Source: Camelus dromedarius
Lineage: Eukaryota
NCBI RefSeq assembly: GCF_036321535.1
Contig: NC_087437.1
Span: 42,472,001-42,536,000, forward strand
DNA length: 64,000 nt
Direction: 5' to 3'
The notes under the pieces were generated by a model. The model was not told the DNA's origin, searched no databases, and saw only the letters and a program-made list of their open reading frames with translations. This document shows, piece by piece, positions 13,020 to 25,515 of this stretch (its first letter is position 1; the number at the start of each line of letters is the position of its first letter). Made by a program: the position numbers and the translations under genes.

Positions 13020-14245
13020 AACTGGTAAATTATCTTTGAATATTGTTGGTTAGTTCTGACAAAGTAATGATTCTTACATTTCTATCCCAACTACATCTCT
13101 AGGAACCAAGTTAATTTTTTTCAAATGAAAGAACTAGATCTCAACCTGTAGGATATCTTTATCTCCTAAGGGACAAAGAGCTTTTAAATGGTTACATGTC
13201 AAAATGGTGCCTAACTTATTCCCACACAAAAACTTATTTTTATTCCTTTAGAGTCCAAAAGCAGCTGTAATCTATTAACTGTGTTCCGCATCTTATACCT
13301 TCCCTGTTGCCAGTGGCTGTATTGTTAGTGATACATTGAGGATATGACCAGGAATAGATAGGCATGGGTAAATACTCCCAAAGTAACCATGGTAGACTCA
13401 ACATGGGCTGAAATGTGTATTAAGGAAAGCTTTTACTCTAAACTTTGGGAGTGTTAGAGAAATTTCTCCGAAGGCCTGAAATTAGTAAAAGTTTATACTT
13501 AGCAAAAGTAGTATCATTTGTTTAATTGATACCTAGTGATGTGTGTGCCTGGTAATACTTTGCTTATTAGACATACGTTTTCACAGTGTACGCTGGTTCC
13601 ATTACTGATCCCATAATTTCCCAATGATGGAAAGCTTTTAGTTTATGAGAAGCAATTAAAGAAAACTTGAACAGCAACTTATATTGCTGTCTTTACTCAG
13701 TTTTTGAATTCTGGGTTTATTAAGGGTTACATAGAGCATTTCTTTAGATCATCTCTCTATTTTGGGGTTATAATTATGGAAGATTTTGTTTAAAAATAGG
13801 TCCTGTTTTAGTATCTTGGTCACAAAACTTTGTAATATTTGAATGTTTTTATTCTTTGAGATTGATTTAAGTAGGTTGAATTATTGAATAATTCTTCATT
13901 GTCACTTTAATTTAAAACTTAAATTCTAGAATTCTAAGAAATGATATAGTTTAATTTTTTGAAACTATCAAAGAAAATATTTAATGTAGGGAAAATACTG
14001 CTTACTTAATGTCATTATCATTGTTGGTTCCTCACGTGGTACTTATTATAATTACTAATTATAATTCTTTCCATTGTTTCAGTGTGATATGGTTATATTT
14101 TTTGCTCAGTTAAAAACAGGGGCAAGAAAGGTGGAAAAGAGATAATCTCATTAGAATTTTGTTGCTCTGAGAGAACTAAACTTGCACAAATCTATCATTT
14201 TCTAAGGAGTAACACTTAATGTTTGTGATTATTCTGCAACCCTAG

Positions 14246-14400
14246 ATTGCCATAATGCTTTTGCCTTGCTTGTGAGGCCGCCCACAGAGCAGGCAAATGT
14301 ATTGCTCAGTTTCCAGATGACATCAGAGGAGCTTCCAAAAGAAAGCTGGCTAAAGATGCTATGTCGACACGTAGCCAACACCATTTGTAAAGCAGATGCT
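14246..14400 (+). CDS. ECT2: ECT2 coding exon (PH end) DCHNAFALLVRPPTEQANVLLSFQMTSEELPKESWLKMLCRHVANTICKADA
   Basis: ccctag|AT...GCT|gtaagt; 155 bp. Confidence 0.97.
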
Positions 14401-15674
14401 GTAAGTTCTTAAACCACTGTTATAGGGAAAGTTTAAACTCCATGGTAATAACATTCAGACTAAACCTGTATATTTCTAATAACCTGTTAATTATGAATGG
14501 AGGAGAGTTTTTGTTTTGTGTGTATTTAGGAAAATTGGCTTAAAAGTTGTTTTGGAAAAGATTTTTAAAAGTCTAGACACATGAAACATTTCTTTGAGTC
14601 CTTAACTTACAGATAGATCCTCATAGCCTTATAGTGCCTGTGACTGATTCAGTGAAGCTTTTGGAATTTGTTGTAATGTATTTTCTTCAGTACTCTTTGA
14701 CTTGGCTATTTGTAAAATACAGGGTATTTTGTTCTGTTGTTCTTTTATCTTATTGAAAGCAATAGGTGAGTTGTAGCAAGTTGCCAATCCAGTTTTCTCA
14801 GTTCAACCTCTAAAAATCATAATATATATAAATACCTTTATTCTTTGCAGAGTAAAGTGAAGTAATATGAGAAAATCAAATTACTGAAGTTAAATAATTC
14901 ACTAGAAATCAGGTAGCTTGTTGTAGATCTTGGATGAAATCTTGGTCCCTTAAAAGATAATTGGACTTTTTCATATACGGGAGAGACATGTGATGGACAG
15001 ATTTAGATCCCTTCGTCTTTGCACAAATGACTTAAATAAAGGGGGATGTATAGATAGATGACCCTTTTCAATTCAGTAGTACTGTAACTGAGATTGCCTT
15101 GGACATTCATTTGGAAATAAAACATTTATTTTATTGTAGTTAAGTCTGATCTTCAAAGACATTGAGGTATAACTATTGTTTATAAATACTTGATTAAAAA
15201 TATTTAATCTACCTAGGTGTTTAGAAAAATTAAGACTTTTTGATTTCTTTTTTAAAATTTCTATGGGCCAAGACTATGCTGTTAGTCAATAAAGGTTCAT
15301 AGATGGAAATACAATGCTAGTGCATACAACAGACTGCTGGCTAGAAAAATGATGGAGACAGCTTTTTGTAAAGCCAAAAAACTGCTCATTATAAGGAGGA
15401 ATTTTTTTTTTCATAGTTCTAAGTATCCATATATAAAATGGATCTCTGCAGTATAGTGATTGCCTGTTGTAGAAATTACTCCTGGATTTATCATGATGTC
15501 AGACTAGATGGCTTATGTAGTCCTTTCCAGATTTATAACCATGATTCTGAAGTGTAAACAATTAATGGGAAAATTTCCTTAAAACAAAATTTACTCAATT
15601 ACTAGCCACAAAATGGCTAATAATTCTAGAACTGAAATATAGACAGTTAATGAAAATATTTCATAAAGTAAAAT

Positions 15675-15693
15675 TAACCACAAGATGGCAGCA
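15675..15693 (+). promoter_or_regulatory. Candidate CTCF motif (forward)
   Basis: TAACCACAAGATGGCAGCA resembles the core CCAC(C/T)AG(A/G)TGGCAG; motif match only. Confidence 0.45.
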
Positions 15694-18600
15694 AACATTT
15701 AACTTTGTCCTGATTTATACTGTCTTAAACCACAAAATTCTTCCAAGTTGTGAGATTTTGTACTAAGAAATGTTTGTAAATTCAGATATTCAGTCACTTC
15801 AGTTGAATACTTTTCCTACACTTCAAATGTTGTGCATAGTACATTTTTTGAAAGCCCTGAATCACTGTCTTATCATTTGAGAACATTTGGCATGTTGAAG
15901 AGAAGGTATTTCTATACACGCACAATGAAAAAGATAAAAAATCTCTGATTCTTTTAATCAAGTTTTGTTCTATTTGATTTTTGGACTTTTAAATAATTAA
16001 AACTTACTTATGAGTAAAGAAATTACAACTATTTTGTTCTATGCCCATTTGTAAATTACTTAAGAAAAGTCTTCAAACTGAAAGGAAACTTAATCTAATC
16101 TCATTATTTTACATGTGAAACTAAGGCTTAAGAGCATTAAAACAGACATGAGGATCCAAGTATCCTTATTCTTGGTTAAACCCTTTTAATAATTTTTCTC
16201 CCCATGGATACAATGCACCATATTCTGTTATTTCAGAATTTGAAGATTAAAGTTTTGAATCTTTGCAAATTTTCTGTCTCAGAATATTTAGGTGTAAATT
16301 TTTGGTTTTGCCAACATGTAACCTTTAATTGCATGGTTGATATTTTTAAGGTTCTTATTGCCTGAGGTCAGATGGTAGCTTTGCTGAAATCATTACAGAT
16401 TTCTGCCCTCTAATGACAAAAGTGTAATTTTATTAACAAATACATTTAAGCATTGTTACCACTCTTCTTGCACTTTGAATAGTTTAGAAGTAGTAACTTG
16501 ATAATTAAATGTCCTATGCGACAATTCAATACTTTTACCAGTAATTTTTTTTATATTTCTTTAAAAAATCAAACTCATCCCACATCTTGGTTAAATCACC
16601 ACTGGCTACTTAAGAGTAGCAATATTCATTCTTAGGTTTTAAATTTGTAACTAGAGGATTAGACTGAAGATACAACTTATAGGAGAAGAGTTCATGTTTG
16701 TGAGCTAATATTATTTATAATGGAGTTAATATGATGTGTTTAAAACTATAGTTATTCTGCTGATTATTTGCCATGCATAGTAAGTTGTTAATCTAAGTGT
16801 CTGTGATTGGTACTACTTTAATTTGGCCAAATCAGAAGCTCTAAGTTATAAAAACGATTACGGAATTTGAGGAAATCAAAGAGACACAAGCTAAGAAAGG
16901 AGGCACAATGAAACTAGATTATTTTTTCTTTCATATCTGAGTTTGAGGAATAGTGGGAGAGGGGAGCTTAAGGAAAGAAGGACCTGGTAACTCACATGTA
17001 GATGGGTCCCAATGGCTTTAAGATATCAGAAATGCTAAAAAATTTCCTGTGACTCAAGACCTATAAATAGGCCTCTAAAATCTATAGCTGAGGCTCAGTT
17101 TTCTCTTGTAATTAATATTATATATCTCAATGGAAGAAATTGGTCACTACTGTCCAATCTTAAACTCAGATCTTTAGAACTAGTCTTAGATACATGTGAA
17201 TTTGGGGCTGATTGAAGAACTCCTCCCCCTCCCAAGCTTCTTTAATGCATGAGATACGTTGAATAAGTCATTAAATATTTTTAGAATTATATTCATATGT
17301 TATTTAAATGATTTTGGTTATGGTACAAATTTTATTTTTATTTTAGAAATTTAAAGGAATTGATTAGAAAGCAGTTTTTTTGTTTTGTTTTGTGGGTTTC
17401 TTTTTCATTTTATTAATGAGAAAAAGTAATAGGAAAAAGCCTAGGAATACTGAAAGTTTCCCCTGCTTCGCCTGTGATTTGTCCTGCTTACCTTCTTCTG
17501 GGCAGAGAGAACAAAAGGAAGTATTTCATCTTTATATCTTAGAAAACAACTATATTTTCTACTCAGTTATTAGTGCACTACCTAGATGTTTACCCTTTCA
17601 GTCGTTCTGAACCTTCTAGAAATGTAAAAGGCCTCATATGTATGTCCCCCAACCAAACCAGAAGTAATTTATTTGTTCCTTGAGAGAAAACATGAAGCCA
17701 TCAGCTCCCTTTTCAGTTTGTAGGTGGTTATTATCTGCTTAGTAATTGTTACTGTAGCAAAAGGAAAGACTGAGACTCTCTTTTCTTTATTAACAACTGC
17801 TTAGGGATTTAAATTTCAGGGGCCTTTGTTATGAAAAGAGCATGTCACCAAAATTGAACATACTTGGAATTTAGTTTCATTATATAAACATTAATACATT
17901 TTGCATCTAAATATTTTATTCAGAATAAATTTAAGTTACCACAATATTTACTTTTATATTCATGCTATGATTTTTACTTTCCTCTCTTAAGTTGAAAAAT
18001 AATATTTACATATAAGAAAAAACTCAAGGTATACTGCAATATATATTTCTGTCCCACTAGTATTTTCAGTGGTAAAATTTTTGATACTTTCATAGGTATC
18101 TTTCCAGAAATAATACATGCAGACTTGCATTTCTTGTTAGATTTTTTTCCTAAGTAATTTTATCTTTGTAATAGTATCATAAATGAGATATTTCAAATGT
18201 TTAAGTTGTTTTCTAGTTGTTCTGTATATAGGTGAATCTTTGATATATGTATGTTGATTTTGTACCCAGTCAGTTTTATTAAATTCGCTTTCTTAACGTT
18301 TCTAATTGTTTTATGCCTAATTCTTACTGGATTTTTTTCAGATTTTCAGTTTTTAAAAAGTCTTAAATTCACCAGTTCAGAATGAACATTGAGTTTGAAA
18401 ACAAAGCATAATGAAGGAAAATATGTTTAAATGGAGGAAAATATAAATGTCAAAACATCCTTTTGTTAAATTTGCCTCTGTATTTAGGAACATTAAAAAA
18501 AATGCTTGTCAAATAGAAGGCCAGCAATATATATTTGTTGACTGAATGAAATCCAGGTTGAAATGAAATTAAATGAAATTAAAATTGAAGATAGAATGAA

Positions 18601-18924
18601 TAAAAACAAAATTAAGTTCATAAAACTAAGCTGTGCTTAGTTTATGGTGTCAGAAGTACAGCCGTGTAGGAAAATTGATCCCTCTGAGATGTAGGAAATC
18701 TTAATGAAAAACCTTGTAGGTGTATGTGTATGGGGATGCCAGGATACTCCGGGATAGGCAGAGCTTGGATTACAGTCCTCACTACTTTGTCTCTCATAGA
18801 TTGGTGAGAGATGTTAACTATTCACAGTTGTTTTGTAAATTTTTGTCTGGATAATTAACAAGAACCAATTGAGAACTATTAGCACTTATAACAGTTAAGT
18901 AGCCAAATAAAACATAAATATGTA

Positions 18925-19066
18925 AAAATATAGTTCCCTGTGCTTTATAGTAGGCCTTTTTAAAAAAAAAATCTGTTTTATATATAGTAGTATGTATCTG
19001 TAAATCTCAAAATCCTAATTTATCCCTCCCCTCCCCCTTTGGTAACCATAAGTTTGTTTTCTATGT
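18925..19066 (-). mobile_element. Short L1 3' UTR fragment (same family as 12645-13019)
   Basis: 'aatatagttccctgtgc...tttatatatagtag...ggtaaccataagtttgttttctatgt' is shared with the other copies. Confidence 0.7.
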
Positions 19067-19387
19067 ACAAAGCAAGCATTTATAATTGTAGAGTATGATA
19101 TTTAGCACATTGTTTCTCTAGCCACAAAATGGTAGTGCTGGAGGATAGTCTTATGCTAGAGTAGTAAGGCAACTTGCCAATTCATGGCCTGAGTGCTTAT
19201 TTTCCAGTATCCTTAAATGAATGTATTTCAGAGTAGAAATGATGTCAAATGCATCAAGAATCTAGAGCAGCTTCATGTATACACACTCCCTATGTATGCA
19301 TATTAGTGCTTAAAGGTTTGATTTTAGGCACAGTTGTGTTTTTTAATTGATTTATTTTAAAATAATAAAAATATTTATTTCCAACAG

Positions 19388-19495
19388 GAGAATCTTATTT
19401 ATACTGCTGATCCAGAATCCTTTGAAGTAAATACAAAAGATATGGACAGTACATTGAGTAGAGCATCTAGAGCAATAAAAAAGACTTCAAAAAAG
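19388..19495 (+). CDS. ECT2: ECT2 coding exon ENLIYTADPESFEVNTKDMDSTLSRASRAIKKTSKK
   Basis: ccaacag|GAG...AAG|gtgagt; 108 bp. Confidence 0.97.
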
Positions 19496-19521
19496 GTGAG
19501 TCTTAGTGAAATTATTCAGCA

Positions 19522-20119
19522 GATTTCCTCCATGCCAAGGCACAAGATAAAATCCCAGAAGAAGACATGTGATGAGGAGATAGGTAATTTATCTGAGAAA
19601 GAGTTTAAAGTAATGATGCCCTAGATGTTCAGAGAACCCAAGAGGAGTATAGGGTGCACAGAGTGAAGTTTTTAGCAAAGAATTGGAAAATATAAAGAAT
19701 ACCCAAACGGAGTTGAAGAATAAGGTCACTGAAATGAACAATGCCCTAGAAGGAACCAAGAATAGACTAAATGAGGCAGAAGAATGGATCAGTGAGTTAA
19801 AAGACAGATTAGTGGAAATCACTACTTTAGAACAGAAAAAAGAATAAAAAGGAATGGGGATAGTTTAAGAGAATGCTGGGACAACATGAAGCACTCTAAT
19901 ATTCGCATTATAGGGGTCCCAGAAAGAGAAGAGAGAGAGAGAGGACCTGAGAAAATTTTTGGAGATAATAACCGAAAATTTCCCCAACTTGGGAAAGGAA
20001 ATAGTCACCCAAGTCCTGGAAGCGCAGAGAGTACCACACAGAATCAACCCAAAGAGGAACACACCAAGGCACATAGTCATCAAACTGACAACCATTAAGG
20101 ATAAGGAGAAAATATTAAA
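19522..20119 (+). mobile_element. L1 ORF1 fragment, sense to ECT2
   Basis: Peptides EEIGNLSEKEFKVM, NIRIIGVPE and ENFPNLGKEIVTQVLEAQRVPHRINPKRNTPRHIVIKL (ORF1p coiled coil/RRM); flanked by ATTCAGCA at 19514-19521 and 20120-20127. Confidence 0.92.
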
Positions 20120-21111
20120 ATTCAGCATATCTCCAAAATGTATTTTTCAGAGTATATTAAAATAATACTGCCCTAAGTGTCAGTGTAAAGGTGTATATAA
20201 AACAAAGCTGTTTTTTGGTTCTAGGAAATGGCCCACAGAGGTAATAGTTTAGTTCTGTGACTTCTTTGGCACAGTAATTATATGACAACTTGTTATCCTC
20301 ATTCTTGTTACAGTGATACTTCTATGGGCTATACTTGAGTAGAAAGGTACTGATGGTGTTTTAAATATAGATATGTGTGCATTCATCTTAGAAACTGCCT
20401 CAGATATTTTTCAGCAAAGGGCACATGAAAGAGTCAGGAGACCTGGAATCTATTCTTGACCACAAGTATGTTTCAGTCTTCTAATAAATACCTTCCCTAC
20501 TTATCAGAGTTGCTGAGGACTACATAAGAATGTTGCTAATAGGGCTTTTTAAAAGTAGAACCAGAATTTTATTATTACACATAAAATTTGCAACCAGAGT
20601 CTACTGTTAGGTTTACAAGTATTTTGTTCTTGTTTACTTTGCCTTTGAGAGGAGACCTTGTGTTTTATTTAATCATCGCTGTATCTCTGCATTTAACATG
20701 TGTGGTGTATAGTAGATAAGTATGTTAAAAATGACTTCAAATGAACTTCACTTTTTCAATGAAAGAAATTGAGGTTCAAGTGGCTTTGGATCAAAGATCT
20801 CACAACTAAATTGTCATAGAATCAGGTAACACCGAGGTTTCTTCTCTCATGCCTAATTTTCCCTTCCACCTTTTCCCCTTGGACTGTAGTGCTCAGTGAA
20901 TGCAGGCTGGAATAGTTTACAGTGTACTACATTTCCTCACTGCTTTGTCCAAAGAGATCCTAATTCTGCCATATAGAAAATGCAGAAAAACTTTTTTTTT
21001 GTAGAAAACCTTTTGAAGTTTATTTGGCTTTGTTTACACATAGTTGTTCTTACCAGTTGTTATTAAATTTGTCTAGGTTTGTTAATTAATTGTAACTCAT
21101 TTTAATTCTAG

Positions 21112-21258
21112 GTTACAAGAGCATTTTCTTTCTCCAAAACTCCAAAAAGGGCTCTACGAAGAGCTCTTATGACATCCCAAGGTTCAGTGGAGGGAAGAAG
21201 TCCTTCTAGCAATGAAAAGCACGTAATGAGTCGTCTGTCTAGCACATCGTCATTAGCA
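21112..21258 (+). CDS. ECT2: ECT2 coding exon (polybasic region) VTRAFSFSKTPKRALRRALMTSQGSVEGRSPSSNEKHVMSRLSSTSSLA
   Basis: ttctag|GTT...GCA|gtaagt; 147 bp; contains the CDK1 consensus TPKR. Confidence 0.97.
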
Positions 21259-22009
21259 GTAAGTTATTTTGATTTAATGGGCTAAATGGCTTATTCATGT
21301 TATGGGAGTTGGTGTGGAATTTGTTAACTTTTAAAGATGGAAATCTTAACATCTCCATCAATTATTTTGATGTATCTAAACCTCTAACCTCTTTATTGGG
21401 TAAAGGTAACTGAGAAAACCTCACTTAATGAACTACTTGCTTAATGTGTAGTTTATCTGTTAGGAAATTTTATTCAGATTGAGATGTTAATCTCAAAGAA
21501 AACATGTTTCAATCTGGCCCATCACGTTACTAATGCAAACAGTGATGGTCTTGTTTATACAGATTAGCTCCAATAATACAGCAGAGACTGAGCTTTCTTT
21601 CATTATATTTCTGTGATGAATGTATAATCTCTGAAGCTGTGAATCTTGGAGGGTGATATGAGTTCTGAATTCATGCGTATATTTTTAAATGTTTTCTGAG
21701 CAATCTCAAATGTTTCAGAATTATTAGACAATATTAGGCCATTTCTAACATTTATTACAGTCACTAAGTATATGAGTGATGTATCTGTTGTTTGCAAAAA
21801 TTATTACTTATCAACTAAGGTCAAGAAAAGCAAGTGACTGTCACTTCTTAGCTGTATGTACTTCAGCAATTGTCTTATTCTTTCTTATACCCATTTTTGC
21901 AGATGAGAGAAAAGAGATCAACAGTGCTTACCATGTAGTATTATTGTAAGGACTAAATACACACACACACACTCTCTCTCTCTCTCACAGTTATATACTG
22001 AAATATACT

Positions 22010-22235
22010 CAGAGACAGTTGAGTAGAGGTTAAGAGTGTGAAGTCTGGAACTCACATGTTCAAATCCCGGCTCTGCTATTTACTAGCTGTATGACTTTTG
22101 GCAACTTATTAAAGATCTTTCTGTTTTAACTTCACTGTCTGTAAAATAATCTAAAGTAGAAGTTGTAAGGATTAAATCAATTAATATACACAAAGTGCTG
22201 TGAACAGTACTTGGCACAGGGAGAGTGCTCTGGTG
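22010..22235 (+). mobile_element. MIR SINE
   Basis: 'ggttaagagtgtgaagtctgg..ttcaaatcccggctctgctatttactagctgtatgacttttggcaac...aaagtgctgtgaacagtacttggcacag'. Confidence 0.8.
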
Positions 22236-22753
22236 TTTTATAAATGGTTACTGTTTATTATATAAAATTTATACAGACAAGGCACATAATGTTCAACAAC
22301 TTATTTTTTAAAAGTGAAGTCTTTAGTGAATATTACATCAGAGTTATAGCTAAATTTATGAGTGTGTTTATACAGACTTTTAATCAAAGTTAACCTTCCA
22401 ATGGGAGGGAAGTTACACTTAGAAAATAATATAAATTTATGTGAAGAAATTTGATCAGTTAAAAATGTATTGAAATTGACAAAAATATAGTAAGCATTCA
22501 TTTCTTAAAATCAAATTGTAGGCTTTCTGAAGGCCAGAGTACTATCTCTTATTTATTTCCTGCATCTATAGTAACTATTATAAACATTATTGCTTTTCAG
22601 ATGAATATAATTAGATAATTAGATAAGAAAAATTTTAGAAAATGAATATACATATATTTATTAATTTTATGTAGACAGTATAAATAAGAAGTACCTAAAA
22701 TATCTTTAAGACATTCATGTCCTCTTCTCAATTACCTATTTCTGTTCTAACAG

Positions 22754-23020
22754 ATTACCCATTCTGTTTTCACAAGCAGTATAATTGGATTTACTAAGCA
22801 TCTTTATGTTCAGCGCTCAAACTCTACTGGTGGGCGCTTTCAAAACTCCTGGTTTCGATCTATACGTCATTCTGCCTCACAGGCTAGTTATTCAGAGATG
22901 CTAGAAGGAAATACTGATTTTTCAAATTCAAAAAAAAGTTCTATCCAAGTCATCTTTGAAATTTGTGAAGAATTAGGAGATATGCCAACCAGTAATGGAA
23001 ACAAGCCTCGTGAAGTTTAA
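22754..23020 (+). CDS. ECT2: ECT2 candidate alternative terminal coding exon (ITHSVFTSSIIGFTKHLYVQRSNSTGGRFQNSWFRSIRHS...PREV*)
   Basis: Acceptor 'ttctgttctaacag|ATT' is phase 0, like the upstream donor at 21258; 88 open codons then TAA; resembles an alternative human ECT2 C-terminus as I recall it. Confidence 0.75.
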   Translation: MTHSVFTSSIIGFTKHLYVQRSNSTGGRFQNSWFRSIRHSASQASYSEMLEGNTDFSNSKKSSIQVIFEICEELGDMPTSNGNKPREV

Positions 23021-24267
23021 TGTGAGCTTATTAGCTGTTTGAAATTTTTATTTGTGAAAAAAGAAAGTATTTTTCTCCACTGAATCACTTATTAGGTGGG
23101 TGGGGACTTTTGAATTCACAACTTTATAACTGCTTGAATTCACAACAACTTAGGCTTATGGACTTACTCATAAGTCCAGAAAAAAATCAGTCCTATCAGA
23201 AATTTTCTTATTTATGAAAATGATTGTTTAAAAAATAGTAATAATTGTCATGTGAAGTATGTTTATATTCCAGATCTGATTCTTAATCTTAGATTTATGG
23301 CATTTATATAAAATTTATGCTTTTAATATGGCAAATCATAAAAGTTTTACCTGAGGAAAATATAAAATTTTATGCTATTTAAATCATTGCTTTGCTATGA
23401 CTTGAATGGTAATACTTTACCAACCCAGCTCTTTAAATATTTCATTTTATTTACTATCTTGTTGATTAAAACTTAATAGCCAGCTACCTTGCTGGCTCTA
23501 AATTTAGTTACAGTTAGCCATTCATGTCTGTTAAAATTAAACAGTAGCTTTCTTTATAATTTGTTTTATGTTTTTACCCCCTCTTGAGTTTTTGGTATTC
23601 TTGTGCTTATTTCTTTGTAATTAGAAATTCTGATGATATTTAACTTTGACACTCTAAAACAAGTTTAGATAGCTTAGTATATTAATAATCTCTATTATCA
23701 GATATGCTATTTTGTTCAGCATTTATATGGAGCAAAATTATACATAAACATGACACATACATACACATATATACATATGCGTTGCACATAATACAAGAAC
23801 TCTTGGAGCGTATTACTTTTAATTTAGAAAATTATTTCCCATCAAGTAATTTCACTCCTCTTAATTCTACTTTATGATTAAGAAGAAATCACTAAGGTTT
23901 GTCTTTTTGCCTCAAAAATTTATTTATTAAATTATAATTTTAAAAAGTAACCTGAAAATCTAAATCCTTAATATCTCTACTAGCAGTAAGCCAATATCTA
24001 TTTCAATTGAGTTAATATGTAGTAAACTAGTTACCCATTTGTCACTTGTTTTCAGACTTAATGCTAAAATAGTTTTAATTATGTGTCCTCCCCAGCCCTC
24101 CCTTTAATTTTTAGTTTTTATTCACTTAAAGAGTTTAGATGTTTCAGATGTCTTAACTGTTATGATAATTTATTAAGTGCAAAAGTGATACACATGATGC
24201 TAAACTGTATGCTACAATTTTTTAAAAGAAAAATACTAAATATAAAATATTTCTCTTGTCTTTACAG

Positions 24268-24357
24268 GGCATTCCATCTCCCTCCCTTGTCAGCCTTCCT
24301 TCTTTCTTTGAAAGGAGAAGTCATACTTTAAGTAGATCTACAACTCATTTAATATGA
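24268..24357 (+). CDS. ECT2: ECT2 last coding exon GIPSPSLVSLPSFFERRSHTLSRSTTHLI*
   Basis: tttacag|GGC...ATA TGA; 90 bp. Confidence 0.97.
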   Translation, partial: GIPSPSLVSLPSFFERRSHTLSRSTTHLI

Positions 24358-25509
24358 AGTTTTAAAAAAAAATCTTAATTTGTAGAAACTTATGAACACC
24401 TCATATTCAAATAAGAAACTGACTTAAATGGTACTTGTCATTAGCACTTGGTGAAAGCTGGAAAGAAGGTAACACTAAACTATGCCCTTTTATTTTCTTC
24501 TTGAAAGAGTAAGGTTAACCTCATACATTTTTTGAGTTAATTCATGTAAAAAAATTATATTGATTTTGATGTAATATTTCTTTTTGCTTGAGTCTAATTG
24601 AAGATCAATAATTTAAGTTATTCATGATATTAGTAACTTTGCAACATGATACAGTAAATAAATTTTATTGGTGGATGCCAAATAGTGCTTTGAATCTCTT
24701 TGTGTAGTGTCTGAATGAATTTTTCAAAACAAATATATGTGTATCTCGATTTGTGCAGAGATTAAATATCACATAGATCTCTGAGTACTGGGATCTTGCT
24801 TCACATGCGTTGTTTGAAGTAGTTATTTAATTGCTCCTTTTGAAGTTTATTTTATAATAAATAAAGATATAATAGCATGTGGATTTAAAAAGATTTCCCC
24901 CATTAACAAGAATAACAGTTAAAGGAGATGGTTTCAAAACATACTTGCAAACTGAGATAAGAACAGAATGATTAAAAAATAATGTATACCTTGCACAAAT
25001 GTGATATTGGTGTATACACGTAGCTGTTTCAGAGACAATATACTTATGGTGATTTTAGGCACTAGCAAATCTTGACTTAGCTTGATAGTGTGTAGAATTT
25101 AATTTTGAAGGATAAGACCATGTGGAAATTGTGGTAAGGATTGTTTATACTCTTTATGAAATAATTTTAAAGTTGGCATCAGTTTTACTAATCTATTAAA
25201 TACATAGATACTGTATATGGTCAGATTTTTATTGTAGACTCGTAGTTAAATGTAAAATTGAAATTCATTTATTTGCTGTTGTAAAATATTTTTCAAACCC
25301 TGATATTATCTTTCACAGTAGTTTTCTTTTTATAGTCAGTAATACAAAATACTGCAAATGTTTAATTGTCGTTTAACAATTTTCAGTTATTCGTTATAAT
25401 AGTTTGACTATAGATTTTTTTTCCTATGCCACATATGTGCCACTTTTAAATAGTAAAGGACCCATTATTGCTATATTTTAAAAGCAGTTGTATTAGGAAG
25501 AACTTTGTA

Positions 25510-25515
25510 AATAAA
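25510..25515 (+). terminator. ECT2: Probable distal ECT2 poly(A) signal AATAAA
   Basis: AATAAA followed by T/GT-rich sequence (tattttacgtttcatgtttt); other AATAAA at 24657 and 24856/24860. Confidence 0.6.
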
